Positions 1-8,320 of a DNA stretch of 33,182 bases are shown one piece after another; the first letter of the stretch is position 1; each line of letters starts with the position of its first letter. This DNA is from Pseudomonadota bacterium (GTDB lineage: Bacteria; SZUA-182; DTGQ01). Location of the stretch: positions 1-33,182 of the forward strand of contig JAUWIR010000002.1 of the NCBI GenBank assembly GCA_030605265.1, read 5' to 3'. The notes below the pieces were generated by a model, which was not told the origin of the DNA, ran no database searches, and saw only the letters and a program-made list of their open reading frames with translations. The translations under genes and the position numbers were made by a program.

Positions 1-164
1 CAACCCGGCTTTCTATGGCTATAGATAAATGTTTGTCTGATCCGGATTTACGCCTGAAGCTGGGTAAAGCAGGATATGAAAAGGTAAAATCTCAATTTAC
101 TTTTGAATCTCAAAGAATAAAACTTGAGGCAATATACCAACAAGTGCTTAAAGAATGGGTATGA
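1..164 (+). CDS. Glycosyltransferase (GT4/GT1-type), C-terminal fragment, 5' truncated by the window edge
   Basis: The reading frame is open from the window edge (codons in phase from nt 3). It reads ...MAIDKCLSDPDLRLKLGKAGYEKVKSQFTFESQRIKLEAIYQQVLKEWV and stops at TGA 162-164. The DPxLRxxLGxxGxxxV...W tail is typical of GT4 C-termini. Confidence 0.6.
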   Translation, partial: TRLSMAIDKCLSDPDLRLKLGKAGYEKVKSQFTFESQRIKLEAIYQQVLKEWV

Positions 165-266
165 AGGAAATGAAGAAATAAAAAAATCTTCATGTTCACA
201 ATGAAATAAAATTTTTATCAACTCAACAGCTGTATTTATAATGGTGAAATAAAAAAGTGTGTAATA

Positions 267-447
267 GTTCACCACGGAGGCACTGAGAAATTATTTTAGA
301 AGAAAACTTATAAAGCAGATAATTGGGGCAGCGATAGAAAGATCATCGGCGTGGTTGAAGAAAAGGTTGTTCTTGAACTCAAAGCAGTTGATACAATGGA
401 ATCAAGGGGCTTGTCTTTTGATTTTTCTCTGTGTCTCCGTGGTGAAC
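267..447 (+). pseudogene. Collapsed relic of a GxxExxY-family (PD-(D/E)XK, PDDEXK_3-like) gene, bounded by 24-bp imperfect inverted repeats
   Basis: GTTCACCACGGAGGCACTGAGAAA (267-290) is the reverse complement of TTTCTCTGTGTCTCCGTGGTGAAC (424-447) with 2 mismatches. Between them, two different frames read KQIIGAAIE and IIGVVEEKVVLELKAVDTM...GLSFDF. These resemble the N-terminal (IIGAAIEVH) and central (DLLVEDKVIVELKAVE ... GLLINF) blocks of GxxExxY proteins. The segment is far too short and is frame-broken. Confidence 0.5.
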
Positions 448-475
448 TGAACTGTTACTGTTACAAAAGTGTAAA

Positions 476-1270
476 ATGGATTTGATGAAATCTTGTCTTG
501 CTCTAACATTCCATGGGTTTCAGAATTGTTCTGAACTTCCCGCGAATCCGCAGACTGCTCGGTATACTCTTCCTATAAAACACCTGGAGGAAATAGTTCA
601 GAAAATCCCTCCTGAAAAATGCTGTACTGTTTCAGAGTTTGTCAGAAAAAGAGAGGGAGATTGGTTCATATTGACCTTTGATGACGGATATTACTCTGAT
701 TACGATACTGTTTTTCCAATATTAAAAGACCGGGACCTTAAAGGGACTTTTTTTTTAACTGCTGAAAAGGTCAACTCCATTGGGTATATCGGTGTTGAGC
801 AAATTAAAGAAATGGCCAATGGTGGTATGGAGATTGGGAGCCACGGATTGACCCATAACTATCTTGTTTCTATGACTAAAGGTGAAGCTATTCAGGAGAT
901 TGGTGCCTCAAAGAAAAAATTAGAGAGGCAACTGAATAGGGAAATAAGTTCCTTTGCCCCTGTTGGAGGCCATTTTCGAAAATGGATGCTTAAATATGCC
1001 CAAAAGGCAGGATACAACGCCTTTGCTACTATGGTCCCCGGAATTACCAACAGCAATAAATCTTTCTTTCTTATCAAACGAAACCATATCCTTGCTCATC
1101 ATGATGAATCTTATATCGCGCGGTTACTCAAGAGGGATAAAGAATTATTGGTTATTAATTCTTCAAAGTATTCATTTTTGTATTTTACCAAGGATGTTCT
1201 CGGTATGAGGACCTATGATTATCTGAAAGAGTTTTTTTTAAAATCCCTATCATTTTTTAAGGCCAAGTAA
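476..1270 (+). CDS. Polysaccharide deacetylase (NodB homology domain, CE4)
   Basis: 264-aa ORF with FILTFDDGYYSDYDTVFPILKDRDLKGTFFLT (the TFDDG motif) and GSHGLTHNYL (the His motif). Its stop overlaps the next start (TAATG at 1268-1272). Confidence 0.9.
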   Translation: MDLMKSCLALTFHGFQNCSELPANPQTARYTLPIKHLEEIVQKIPPEKCCTVSEFVRKREGDWFILTFDDGYYSDYDTVFPILKDRDLKGTFFLTAEKVNSIGYIGVEQIKEMANGGMEIGSHGLTHNYLVSMTKGEAIQEIGASKKKLERQLNREISSFAPVGGHFRKWMLKYAQKAGYNAFATMVPGITNSNKSFFLIKRNHILAHHDESYIARLLKRDKELLVINSSKYSFLYFTKDVLGMRTYDYLKEFFLKSLSFFKAK

Positions 1271-2274
1271 TGATATATTTAAGCATTATCATTCCTATAA
1301 GAAATGAAGAAAAATTTATTAAGGAAACCCTTACAGCGCTTTCACATCAGGATTATCCAAAAGATCGATTTGAAATTCTTGTAGTAGATGGAAGGTCTAA
1401 GGATAATACCAGGGACATAGTTAAACTTTTCATTTCTGAACATCCTAAAATAAATATCAGACTCCTTGACAATCCGGGGCTTCTTTCCAGTCGAGCGAGA
1501 AATGTAGGGATTCGTGCTGCCAAAGGTCAGGTAATAGGGATAATTGACGGTCACGTTTATTTGCCTAACAGGACCCTTTTCATTAATATGGAAAGGATAA
1601 GAAAAGAAAAAAATGCCTTGTGTCTTGCCAGACCTGCCCCCCTTGACGTACCCGGTCTTGAAAAGGGCAAACCCTTATGGATTGCTTTGGCCCGTAAAAG
1701 CTGGCTGGGGCATAGTAGAAATTCATTTATCTATAGTAATAATGAGGGTTTTATTGATCCAGTTAGTAGCGGTTTTGCTTATGATCGTTAACTTTTTGAT
1801 ATGGTAGGCTATTTTGATGAATCCTTTGATGCAGCCGAAGACGTAGAATTTCATTTCCGATTGAAAAAAGCAGGCATTTTGGCTTACACGTCTCCGAATT
1901 TTTTAATTTACTCTTACCCACGCCAATCTTTTTGGGACCTTTGCAAACAACAAAAAAGGTACGGAGAGGGGAGGGCCCGGTTTTTAAAGAAATATCCTGA
2001 TGGGTTTACCAAGGAAACCTTGATACCAGCAGGAATTTTTTTGTCCTTCCTTTTATCACCCCTGGCCTTTCTCTACTCAAAATATTTAGGTGTGATCAGT
2101 ATCACCTATTTATCTGTGCTTTTGCTGTATTGGTTGATTCTTCTAATCACAGGATTTACCGAGGCAGTGAATAAAAAAAGATTTTTCCCCGGGATCTTAA
2201 TTGCCCTGGCTATTTGGATCACTCATCTTGGGTTGGGGGGGGGGTTTTTAAAAACGATTATTCTTCCCAAATGA
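1270..2274 (+). pseudogene. GT2 glycosyltransferase with C-terminal TM helices, interrupted by a single in-frame TAA (1789-1791)
   Basis: ORFs 1270-1791 and 1801-2274 are in the same frame. The first half has the GT2 N-terminus (LSIIIPIRNEEKFIKETLTALSHQDYP...ILVVDGRSKDNT...GIIDGH). The second half continues with VGYFDESFDAAEDVEFHFRL and hydrophobic helices. The junction reads AYDR*LFDMVGYFDE, which is contiguous in intact GT2 enzymes. Confidence 0.75.
2235..2244 (+). repeat. Homopolymeric G10 tract near the 3' end of the interrupted GT2 gene
   Basis: Ten consecutive G (ggttGGGGGGGGGGttttt) encode LGLGGGF. This is conspicuous in an AT-rich sequence. Confidence 0.95.
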
Positions 2275-2289
2275 TTGTTAATCAAGAAT

Positions 2290-2378
2290 ATTTAGCCTGT
2301 GCAATTGACATTTTTACCATGAAAATATCCATAATGTTTAGACAGGATTAACAGGATATTGTTATAAAATTTTTGATC
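2290..2378 (-). repeat. Intergenic repeat element, inverted copy (ATCCTGT 9-mer core plus AATTGCACAGG block)
   Basis: The reverse complement reads ATCCTGTTAATCCTGTC-(25 nt)-AAAAATGTCAATTGCACAGG. This has the same blocks and spacing as the copy at 12942-13112. Confidence 0.8.
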
Positions 2379-2440
2379 TTATTCTTGTTTTAACTTTCCT
2401 TTCCCCCAAAATTAATTGTTAAGTCTAGAGCAACTGATTT

Positions 2441-2480
2441 TTTATCCTGTAGATCCTGTTAATCCTGTCTAATATTTTTT
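2441..2480 (+). repeat. Intergenic repeat element, partial direct copy with three tandem ATCCTGT 9-mers
   Basis: The sequence tATCCTGTa gATCCTGTt aATCCTGTc taatatttttt. Positions 2453-2469 are a perfect 17-bp inverted repeat of 2341-2357. Confidence 0.8.
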
Positions 2481-2530
2481 CTTTTATTTAAGATTTTTAT
2501 GATTCTAGGTGGCTTGGAGAAACATGATTG

Positions 2531-2676
2531 TTTGTTTTACAATTCTCTATATTCCAGATAACCTCATTCAGGTGGTTATAGATCTTTTTGATTAACTGGA
2601 TTTGAATCATGTTTATCCTGTCAAAATATTTTTTCTCATTAGAGACTCTAAAAATCTAATTGCATAGGTTGAAAAT
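2531..2676 (+). repeat. Intergenic repeat element, full-length copy immediately upstream of the 2687 operon
   Basis: Aligns by eye over most of its length with 12942-13112. Shared blocks are TTTGTTT..CAATTCTCTATATTCCA, GGATTTRAATCATGTTTATCCTGT, TCAAATATTTTTT and CTAAAAATC(C)TAATTGCAYAGGTTGA. It has one ATCCTGT unit. Confidence 0.85.
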
Positions 2677-2686
2677 ATCGAGCTAG

Positions 2687-3850
2687 ATGAAAAAAGGAGT
2701 GAATAATCAAATAATTAAAATTCTTTTTCTCATTGATGAATTCTCCATGGCAGGCGGCTCGGAAAAACAACTCATTCTTCTTGCCGACAGTTTGCCCCGG
2801 CAACGTTACCAGCCTGTTATTGGTGTTTTAAATAATATAAATAATAATTATCAGAAAACTCTTGGTATCAATACTCCTATAGTAAATTTCAATTGCGCAG
2901 GCCTGCCTTTGTTAAAAAATGTACAACTTATTTGGAAACTTAAACGTTATCTTGATAGAGAAAGGTTTGATATTCTGCAGACATATTTTACCGAATCCGA
3001 GATCTATGGGGCCCTCAATATAAGATTAAGCAAACATACGCCTATTTTTATCGCTACCAGGAGGAATTTATATCATTGGGTGAAAGATAACTCCTTAGCG
3101 TTTCGAGCCTTACGATCTTCAGCTCGAAGCGCTGATCGGATATTGGTCAATTCTCATAGAGTTTTTGAAAAATGTCAGCAGATGGAAGGAATTTCATCTG
3201 AAAAAATGACAGTAATTCAAAATGGAGTGGAAGTTGAAAAATTTAATTATTTTTGCGCTAAAAAAGCAAAAAGAAGTATCGGGCTTAAGGAAGATTTTAT
3301 AGTCATTGGCGTAATCGCTAATTTAAGGCCGGTTAAGGGATTACCTTTATTTTTTAAGGCTGCCTCCCTAGTTACCCGTAAGGTTCCCCAAGCATTTTTC
3401 GTTTTGGTCGGGCGCGGGCCTCAGGAAAAGGAATTAAAGTCCTTGGTTCAAGAGCTGGGTATCCGGGACAGAGTGTTATTTCTTCCTATTTCCGGGGACA
3501 TACAAAAGGTTATCGCAGCCTTTGATGTTGCTGTTCAACCATCGCTTTCAGAAAGTTTTTCCAATGTTTGGTTGGAATATATGGCTTCAGGGAAACCGAT
3601 TGTGGCCTCCAGGGTAGGTGATGCAGAAAAAATTATTGATCATGGGCAAAATGGGCTTCTTGTCAAACCCAATAATCTAGAGGAACTGACAGGGGCTATT
3701 CTTGAACTTTGTCTTGACCAAGAAAAGGCAATGGCCATGGGCCGACTTGCTCAAGAAAAGGTTTCTGTCAATTGGTCCATGGACAAAATAATGAAGGAGT
3801 ATCAGTTTTTCTATGAAGATTTAATTCAGAAGAGGGTAAATATAAAGTGA
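2687..3850 (+). CDS. GT4 glycosyltransferase (Glycos_transf_1 type)
   Basis: 387-aa ORF. The N-terminus KILFLIDEFSMAGGSEKQ is typical of GT4. The C-terminal half has FVLVGRGPQEKELKSLVQELGIRDRVLFL...QPSLSESFSNVWLEYMASGKPIVASRVGDAEKIIDHGQNGLLV (E-x7-E region). Confidence 0.9.
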   Translation: MKKGVNNQIIKILFLIDEFSMAGGSEKQLILLADSLPRQRYQPVIGVLNNINNNYQKTLGINTPIVNFNCAGLPLLKNVQLIWKLKRYLDRERFDILQTYFTESEIYGALNIRLSKHTPIFIATRRNLYHWVKDNSLAFRALRSSARSADRILVNSHRVFEKCQQMEGISSEKMTVIQNGVEVEKFNYFCAKKAKRSIGLKEDFIVIGVIANLRPVKGLPLFFKAASLVTRKVPQAFFVLVGRGPQEKELKSLVQELGIRDRVLFLPISGDIQKVIAAFDVAVQPSLSESFSNVWLEYMASGKPIVASRVGDAEKIIDHGQNGLLVKPNNLEELTGAILELCLDQEKAMAMGRLAQEKVSVNWSMDKIMKEYQFFYEDLIQKRVNIK

Positions 3851-4416
3851 CCTGTAAATCAAAGATGGTCACTCAAACATGGACTTTAAAAAAAGCTGTT
3901 TATTATCTCCTTTATCGCCTGATAGCCAAACATTTACCTGAGGATTTCGGTTTAATCGGGAAATATTCAAATAATTTGCGAGGGATCTTATGTCGTCCAT
4001 TGTTTAAGGAATCCGCCAAAATTATCCGGATAGGAAAAGGTGTTGATTTTGATAATGGATGCACTGTCATTATGAAGGATCACGCCAATATAGGTTCTTA
4101 CACTCTTATAGACGGCAATCATGCAACAGTACAGATCGGGAAGCATGTGATGATGGGAAAATATTGTATTATCATTTTGCAAAATCATAAATACCGTGAA
4201 GACAATTATGATGGGTTTGTGGGGAAAGATATAATTATTGATGATTATGCATGGCTTGGGCATAGAGTTACTCTATTACCCGGGGTTAGAATAGGTAAAT
4301 ATGCTATTGTTGGGGCCGGTTCTGTTGTTTCAAAGAATATTCCGAATTATGCCGTGGCAGTAGGTAATCCTGCTATAGTAAAAAAATTTAGAAAAAAAGT
4401 TAAAGTAATTGAATAA
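3847..4416 (+). CDS. Left-handed beta-helix (hexapeptide) O-acetyltransferase, WcaF/maltose-acetyltransferase-like
   Basis: Hexapeptide repeats are present (IIIDDYAWLGHRVTLLPGVRIGKYAIVGAGSVVSKNIPNYAVAVGNPAIV). The GTG start overlaps the previous stop (GTGA). ATG at 3865 is an alternative start. Confidence 0.85.
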   Translation: MTCKSKMVTQTWTLKKAVYYLLYRLIAKHLPEDFGLIGKYSNNLRGILCRPLFKESAKIIRIGKGVDFDNGCTVIMKDHANIGSYTLIDGNHATVQIGKHVMMGKYCIIILQNHKYREDNYDGFVGKDIIIDDYAWLGHRVTLLPGVRIGKYAIVGAGSVVSKNIPNYAVAVGNPAIVKKFRKKVKVIE

Positions 4417-4435
4417 TAGACATTCATTAATACTA

Positions 4436-5827
4436 ATGAAATTAAATAATAACTTTAGGCAAGTAGTGAAAGAACACTCACTTACAAATGGGGGTCGGGT
4501 AGATGAGCAGGGCATGCTCGTTGCTGAGGGGGAACAACTAAAAAACGGTATCTGGCCTCAATCGTTTCCCTTATGGATAGTGGGTTTTTATATTCTCTTT
4601 TTCATTATCCGCCCATGGGAGCAAATGTTTCCATGGTTGGGGGCCCTTCATTTTGAGCGGACTTACGCAATTTTTATGATTATGGCGGTTTTTTTTTCAA
4701 ATAAAAGAACCAGATTTCAATTAACCTCTCAGGATTTCACAGTTCTCCTATTTTTCGGGGCAATAATTGTATCGAGTATCTTGGCCTTTAATCTTTCTCT
4801 TGCCTGGAATCAATTATATATATATATAACCCTGGTTATCGTTTATTTCATATTTCGCCTGGTAATCAGAACAATATATGAGCTGGTATTTGTAGTAAGC
4901 TGTTATATCCTGGCAATGGCCCTCTATTTGGCGAAGTCACAATGGGAGTATTTTATCCATGGGCAGCGTATCTATGATCAGGGAGTGTATCGCTTAGCAG
5001 GGATTTCATCAACTTTGGGGGGTCCAAACTCTTTGGCCATGTCTATTGTGGTTACCTTGCCCCTTTTGGTTTTCCTTTGGTCAATTAGAAAAGAGTTAAC
5101 CTACGGGTGGCCAAAATTCTGGCGAAATTGGTATTCCCGATTCCTTAGTATCTATTTGGTTTTAGCTGTAAGCTCTATCATCCTGACCAACAGCAGGATG
5201 GGCATGCTTAGCTTTGTTTTATTCATTTTATTGAATATGTTTAGGAGTAAAAATCTTAGCAAAAAGATAACCTGTGCTCTTTTGGGAGCTTTTATTTTAG
5301 CCGTAATATGGCAGGTGATGCCTAATGAAAGTAAGGGACGATTCAGGACTATATGGGCACCGGAAGAAGGCCCGGCCAATGCTTATAGTTCAGCCATGGG
5401 GCGGGTCGCCGGTTTTTGGTGTGGAATTGATATGTTTAAGCGTTTCCCCTTTTCCGGTGTTGGAATTGGTAACTTTGTTGAATACCGTGTGAGACGATTG
5501 GACGGCGTACCTTTAAACGCCCATAATCTATTGGGGCAAGCTTTAGGAGAAACCGGCCTTATTGGAAGTGTCACCTTTTTTATCATGGTCCTTGTCACCC
5601 TATCCAATTATAGAGGGATCAATAATATTAAAAGGAACTATAATGATTCCAGGATCGAGGTCCTTTCCAATTTTACTATCGCCTGTAGAAATTCTTTAAT
5701 TCTTTTAGCCTTTGACGGTTTATTCGGCAATAATATGTTGCGATTTAATTGGCTCTGGTTAGCCGCTTTTGGCGTTCTTGCCTTGCAGCAAGGAAAAGTT
5801 ATCTTGGGTAACGCTATCAGTAATTAA
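4436..5827 (+). CDS. O-antigen ligase/polymerase-like (Wzy_C) polytopic membrane protein
   Basis: Many TM helices, with TNSRMGMLSFVLFILL and FSGVGIGNFVEY motifs typical of Wzy_C/O-antigen ligase proteins. The start is ambiguous: the ORF opens at TTG 4409, and ATG candidates are at 4436 and 4514. Confidence 0.75.
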   Translation: MKLNNNFRQVVKEHSLTNGGRVDEQGMLVAEGEQLKNGIWPQSFPLWIVGFYILFFIIRPWEQMFPWLGALHFERTYAIFMIMAVFFSNKRTRFQLTSQDFTVLLFFGAIIVSSILAFNLSLAWNQLYIYITLVIVYFIFRLVIRTIYELVFVVSCYILAMALYLAKSQWEYFIHGQRIYDQGVYRLAGISSTLGGPNSLAMSIVVTLPLLVFLWSIRKELTYGWPKFWRNWYSRFLSIYLVLAVSSIILTNSRMGMLSFVLFILLNMFRSKNLSKKITCALLGAFILAVIWQVMPNESKGRFRTIWAPEEGPANAYSSAMGRVAGFWCGIDMFKRFPFSGVGIGNFVEYRVRRLDGVPLNAHNLLGQALGETGLIGSVTFFIMVLVTLSNYRGINNIKRNYNDSRIEVLSNFTIACRNSLILLAFDGLFGNNMLRFNWLWLAAFGVLALQQGKVILGNAISN

Positions 5828-5849
5828 GCATGATAAATGAGAGGAATAA

Positions 5850-6758
5850 ATGAAGGTATCAGTAATTATTCCTACTTATAATTATGGTAAGTATTTACAA
5901 GAGAGTCTTTCTTCAGTATTGAAACAAACCTATTCTGCATTTGAAATCATTATTATTGATGACGGCTCTACTGATAATACACAGGATTTCATTCAACCCT
6001 ACCTTTCTAATCCTACGGTAAAATATATAAAGACAGAAAATACCGGAGTTTCCTCAGCACGAAACACTGGTATTAAATTGGCCAAATCTCCTTTGATTGC
6101 TTTTTTAGATGCAGACGATATTTGGCATTATGATAAATTGGAAAAGCAACTTCCTCTTTTTAAAAATCCAATGGTTGGTGTTGTCTATTCATTGAAAGAT
6201 ACTTTTAATGAAAATGGTCCGAGAGAAAATTATGAACGCGGGAAACTGTTTCGAGGCAATATCTTGCCGTATTTAATGACCCATAATTTTATTTGTTCTT
6301 CTTCAGCTGTTGTCCGCTATGAATGTCTTAAAAAGGTTGGTTTGTTCGACTCGCGCTTATCGCAGGGCGAGGATATGGATCTATGGCTTCGTATTGCTGC
6401 AGAAGGATATGAATTTGATTATGTAAATCTCCCTTTAGTTGACTATAGAGAAGGAGGGCAAGCCAGTAGTCCCGTTCAATGGGAGAAAAGGTTCCGCGGG
6501 AACACCTTAATGTTTAGAAATTTTTTTTCTCATCCAAGATTCAAAAAAAAAGTCACCCATAAAATGCGCAGACAAGCTTGGGCAGCATTGTGGCGAAAAA
6601 GAGGATATCTCTTAATTGAACAAAAAAAAAGAATACAAGCACTTAGATATGCAACAGCTTCTTTATCATATGTTCCATTTAACAGAATGGCTCTTGGGAT
6701 TATTGCCAAGTGCTTGCTTCCTGATTTCTTAGTAAAACAATTTCCTGAGCAGTCTTAG
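5850..6758 (+). CDS. GT2 glycosyltransferase
   Basis: KVSVIIPTYNYGKYLQESLSSVLKQTY..FEIIIIDDGSTDNT...AFLDADD (DxD motif). A GAGAGG Shine-Dalgarno sequence lies upstream. Confidence 0.9.
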   Translation: MKVSVIIPTYNYGKYLQESLSSVLKQTYSAFEIIIIDDGSTDNTQDFIQPYLSNPTVKYIKTENTGVSSARNTGIKLAKSPLIAFLDADDIWHYDKLEKQLPLFKNPMVGVVYSLKDTFNENGPRENYERGKLFRGNILPYLMTHNFICSSSAVVRYECLKKVGLFDSRLSQGEDMDLWLRIAAEGYEFDYVNLPLVDYREGGQASSPVQWEKRFRGNTLMFRNFFSHPRFKKKVTHKMRRQAWAALWRKRGYLLIEQKKRIQALRYATASLSYVPFNRMALGIIAKCLLPDFLVKQFPEQS

Positions 6759-6803
6759 TAAAATGAATAAAAAATCCGGCAAAATAAAGATAACTCAAGG
6801 TCA

Positions 6804-8306
6804 ATGAGAACAGCCGAAATATTAGTAAGAGGTTCATTATTAAGGGTTTTTAATTTCTTTGCCAATGCTTTAGTTGCCTTCTTTTTAATGCCCTTTATTA
6901 TCCATTCTCTAGGCAACAGAATGTATGGTTTGTGGGCGGTTGCAGGATCATTTACCGGTTTTTATTATCTTTTTGACTTCGGGTTAATGCTTGCCGTTCA
7001 AAGATACCTTTCCAAAGCCATAGGAAAAAAGGATTATGATGAAGCAAATACTATTATAAATACCACATTTTATATATTCTCAATAATTGGGGTATTGATC
7101 GTAATTGTTTCAGGTATTATCGCCTTTATTGTGCCGTTATTTGTGAATAATATTACTGAAATTACTCTGTTCAGACAAGTGATCTTAATTTTAGGATTCA
7201 ATTTCGCCATAAGTTTTCCAATGCGAGTTTTATCAGGAATATTAATCTCTCACCTCCGATATGATTTGAGTACTTACGTAGAAATATCAAAATTATTATT
7301 AAGGACTATTTTAATAGTAATTTTTTTGAAAAAAGGGCACGGTGTTTTGAGCTTAGCTGTAATTACTTTTGTAGTTGAGTTAGTGCGGTATGGGCTTATT
7401 TTTCTCTATGTTCAAAGTATAGCCAAATATATCAAATGGTCCAGATTGCTCATAGATAAAAGGAGAATTATAGAACTTTTTAAGTATAGCAGTTTGGCCT
7501 TTATTGCTAAGATTGCTGATAATTTGAGATTTGATATTGATAATTTTGTAATCAGTAGCTTTGTAGGGTTAAATTTTGTGACTGTATACTCTATTGCCTC
7601 AAATTTAATAAGATATTTTATCAACTTTACCAATAGTGCCATAGGATTAATGCTTCCAATTTTTAGCCAATATGAGAGTAAGGGAGATTATCATTCAATA
7701 AGAGAAAAGTTTCTATTTGTTACCAAGCTTAGTAGCTATATTTCAGTTTCAATAGGCGGGGTTTTAATAGTATTTGGTAAAGTATTTATTGAAAGATGGA
7801 TGGGAGAGGCTTTTTTATCCGCCTATCCTCTTCTTGTGGTTATGGTGGTGGCGGTTATTTTTTCTATGATGCAGGCACCATCAATTCAATTATTATACGG
7901 TATTTCCAAACATAAATTTTTTACCCTCTCAAATTCAATTGAAGGTATTTTTAATCTTATTTTAAGCTTAGTCTTAGTAAGAAAGTTTGGTCTTATGGGG
8001 GTTGCTTTAGGAACTGCCATACCCATGGCTATTATTAAATTATTTTTACAGCCGGTTTTTGTTTGCCGGATCATTGGGATTAGTATTTGGAAATATTATG
8101 CTGAGATAATAATTCCTATATTCGTTAAGTCCTCTATTACAAATATTTTATTTTGGTATATTTGCAAACCCTTTATTTTACCGGATTATTTGAATATTGT
8201 TTCATTGATTGTATGTGAATTGTTGATTTTAACTATTATATTTTTTATTGACTTAGATAATGTAGAGAGAATTTATATAAAAAATAAAGTTTTTAGTTTC
8301 AGATAG
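6804..8306 (+). CDS. wzx: Polysaccharide flippase (Wzx, MOP/MATE-like superfamily)
   Basis: 500-aa protein that is hydrophobic throughout (about 12-14 predicted helices). It sits in a glycan locus and has the typical N-terminal ...FFANALVAFFLMPFIIHSLGNRMYGLW. Confidence 0.8.
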   Translation: MRTAEILVRGSLLRVFNFFANALVAFFLMPFIIHSLGNRMYGLWAVAGSFTGFYYLFDFGLMLAVQRYLSKAIGKKDYDEANTIINTTFYIFSIIGVLIVIVSGIIAFIVPLFVNNITEITLFRQVILILGFNFAISFPMRVLSGILISHLRYDLSTYVEISKLLLRTILIVIFLKKGHGVLSLAVITFVVELVRYGLIFLYVQSIAKYIKWSRLLIDKRRIIELFKYSSLAFIAKIADNLRFDIDNFVISSFVGLNFVTVYSIASNLIRYFINFTNSAIGLMLPIFSQYESKGDYHSIREKFLFVTKLSSYISVSIGGVLIVFGKVFIERWMGEAFLSAYPLLVVMVVAVIFSMMQAPSIQLLYGISKHKFFTLSNSIEGIFNLILSLVLVRKFGLMGVALGTAIPMAIIKLFLQPVFVCRIIGISIWKYYAEIIIPIFVKSSITNILFWYICKPFILPDYLNIVSLIVCELLILTIIFFIDLDNVERIYIKNKVFSFR

Positions 8307-8320
8307 AAATTTAAGCTGCT

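Noticed and set aside
170-193. Hairpin ATGAAGA-N10-TCTTCAT after the GT4 fragment, considered as a Rho-independent terminator
   Set aside because: The 7-bp stem is AU-rich with a 10-nt A-rich loop and has no trailing T-tract, so it is too weak to call.
48-275. 75-aa minus-strand ORF in the first intergenic region
   Set aside because: It overlaps the 3' end of the + strand GT4 fragment and the inverted-repeat relic. Its composition is low-complexity and Phe/Leu/Ile/Lys-rich, typical of AT-rich non-coding DNA. It has no RBS and no recognisable motif.
2655-2668. TTGCAT / TTGCAC (-12-like) inside the repeat elements (also at 13095-13103), considered as sigma-54 promoters
   Set aside because: There is no GG dinucleotide at the required spacing upstream in either copy (those positions are A-rich). 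Only the site at 28725-28740 satisfies both halves.
2290-2676. Possible CRISPR array (also considered for the 8-mer array at 28648-28716)
   Set aside because: The repeat units are 9 nt or 8 nt and directly abutting, or the elements are about 150 nt with irregular spacing and mixed orientation. There is no repeat-spacer architecture of 24-48-nt repeats with unique spacers, and no cas genes.
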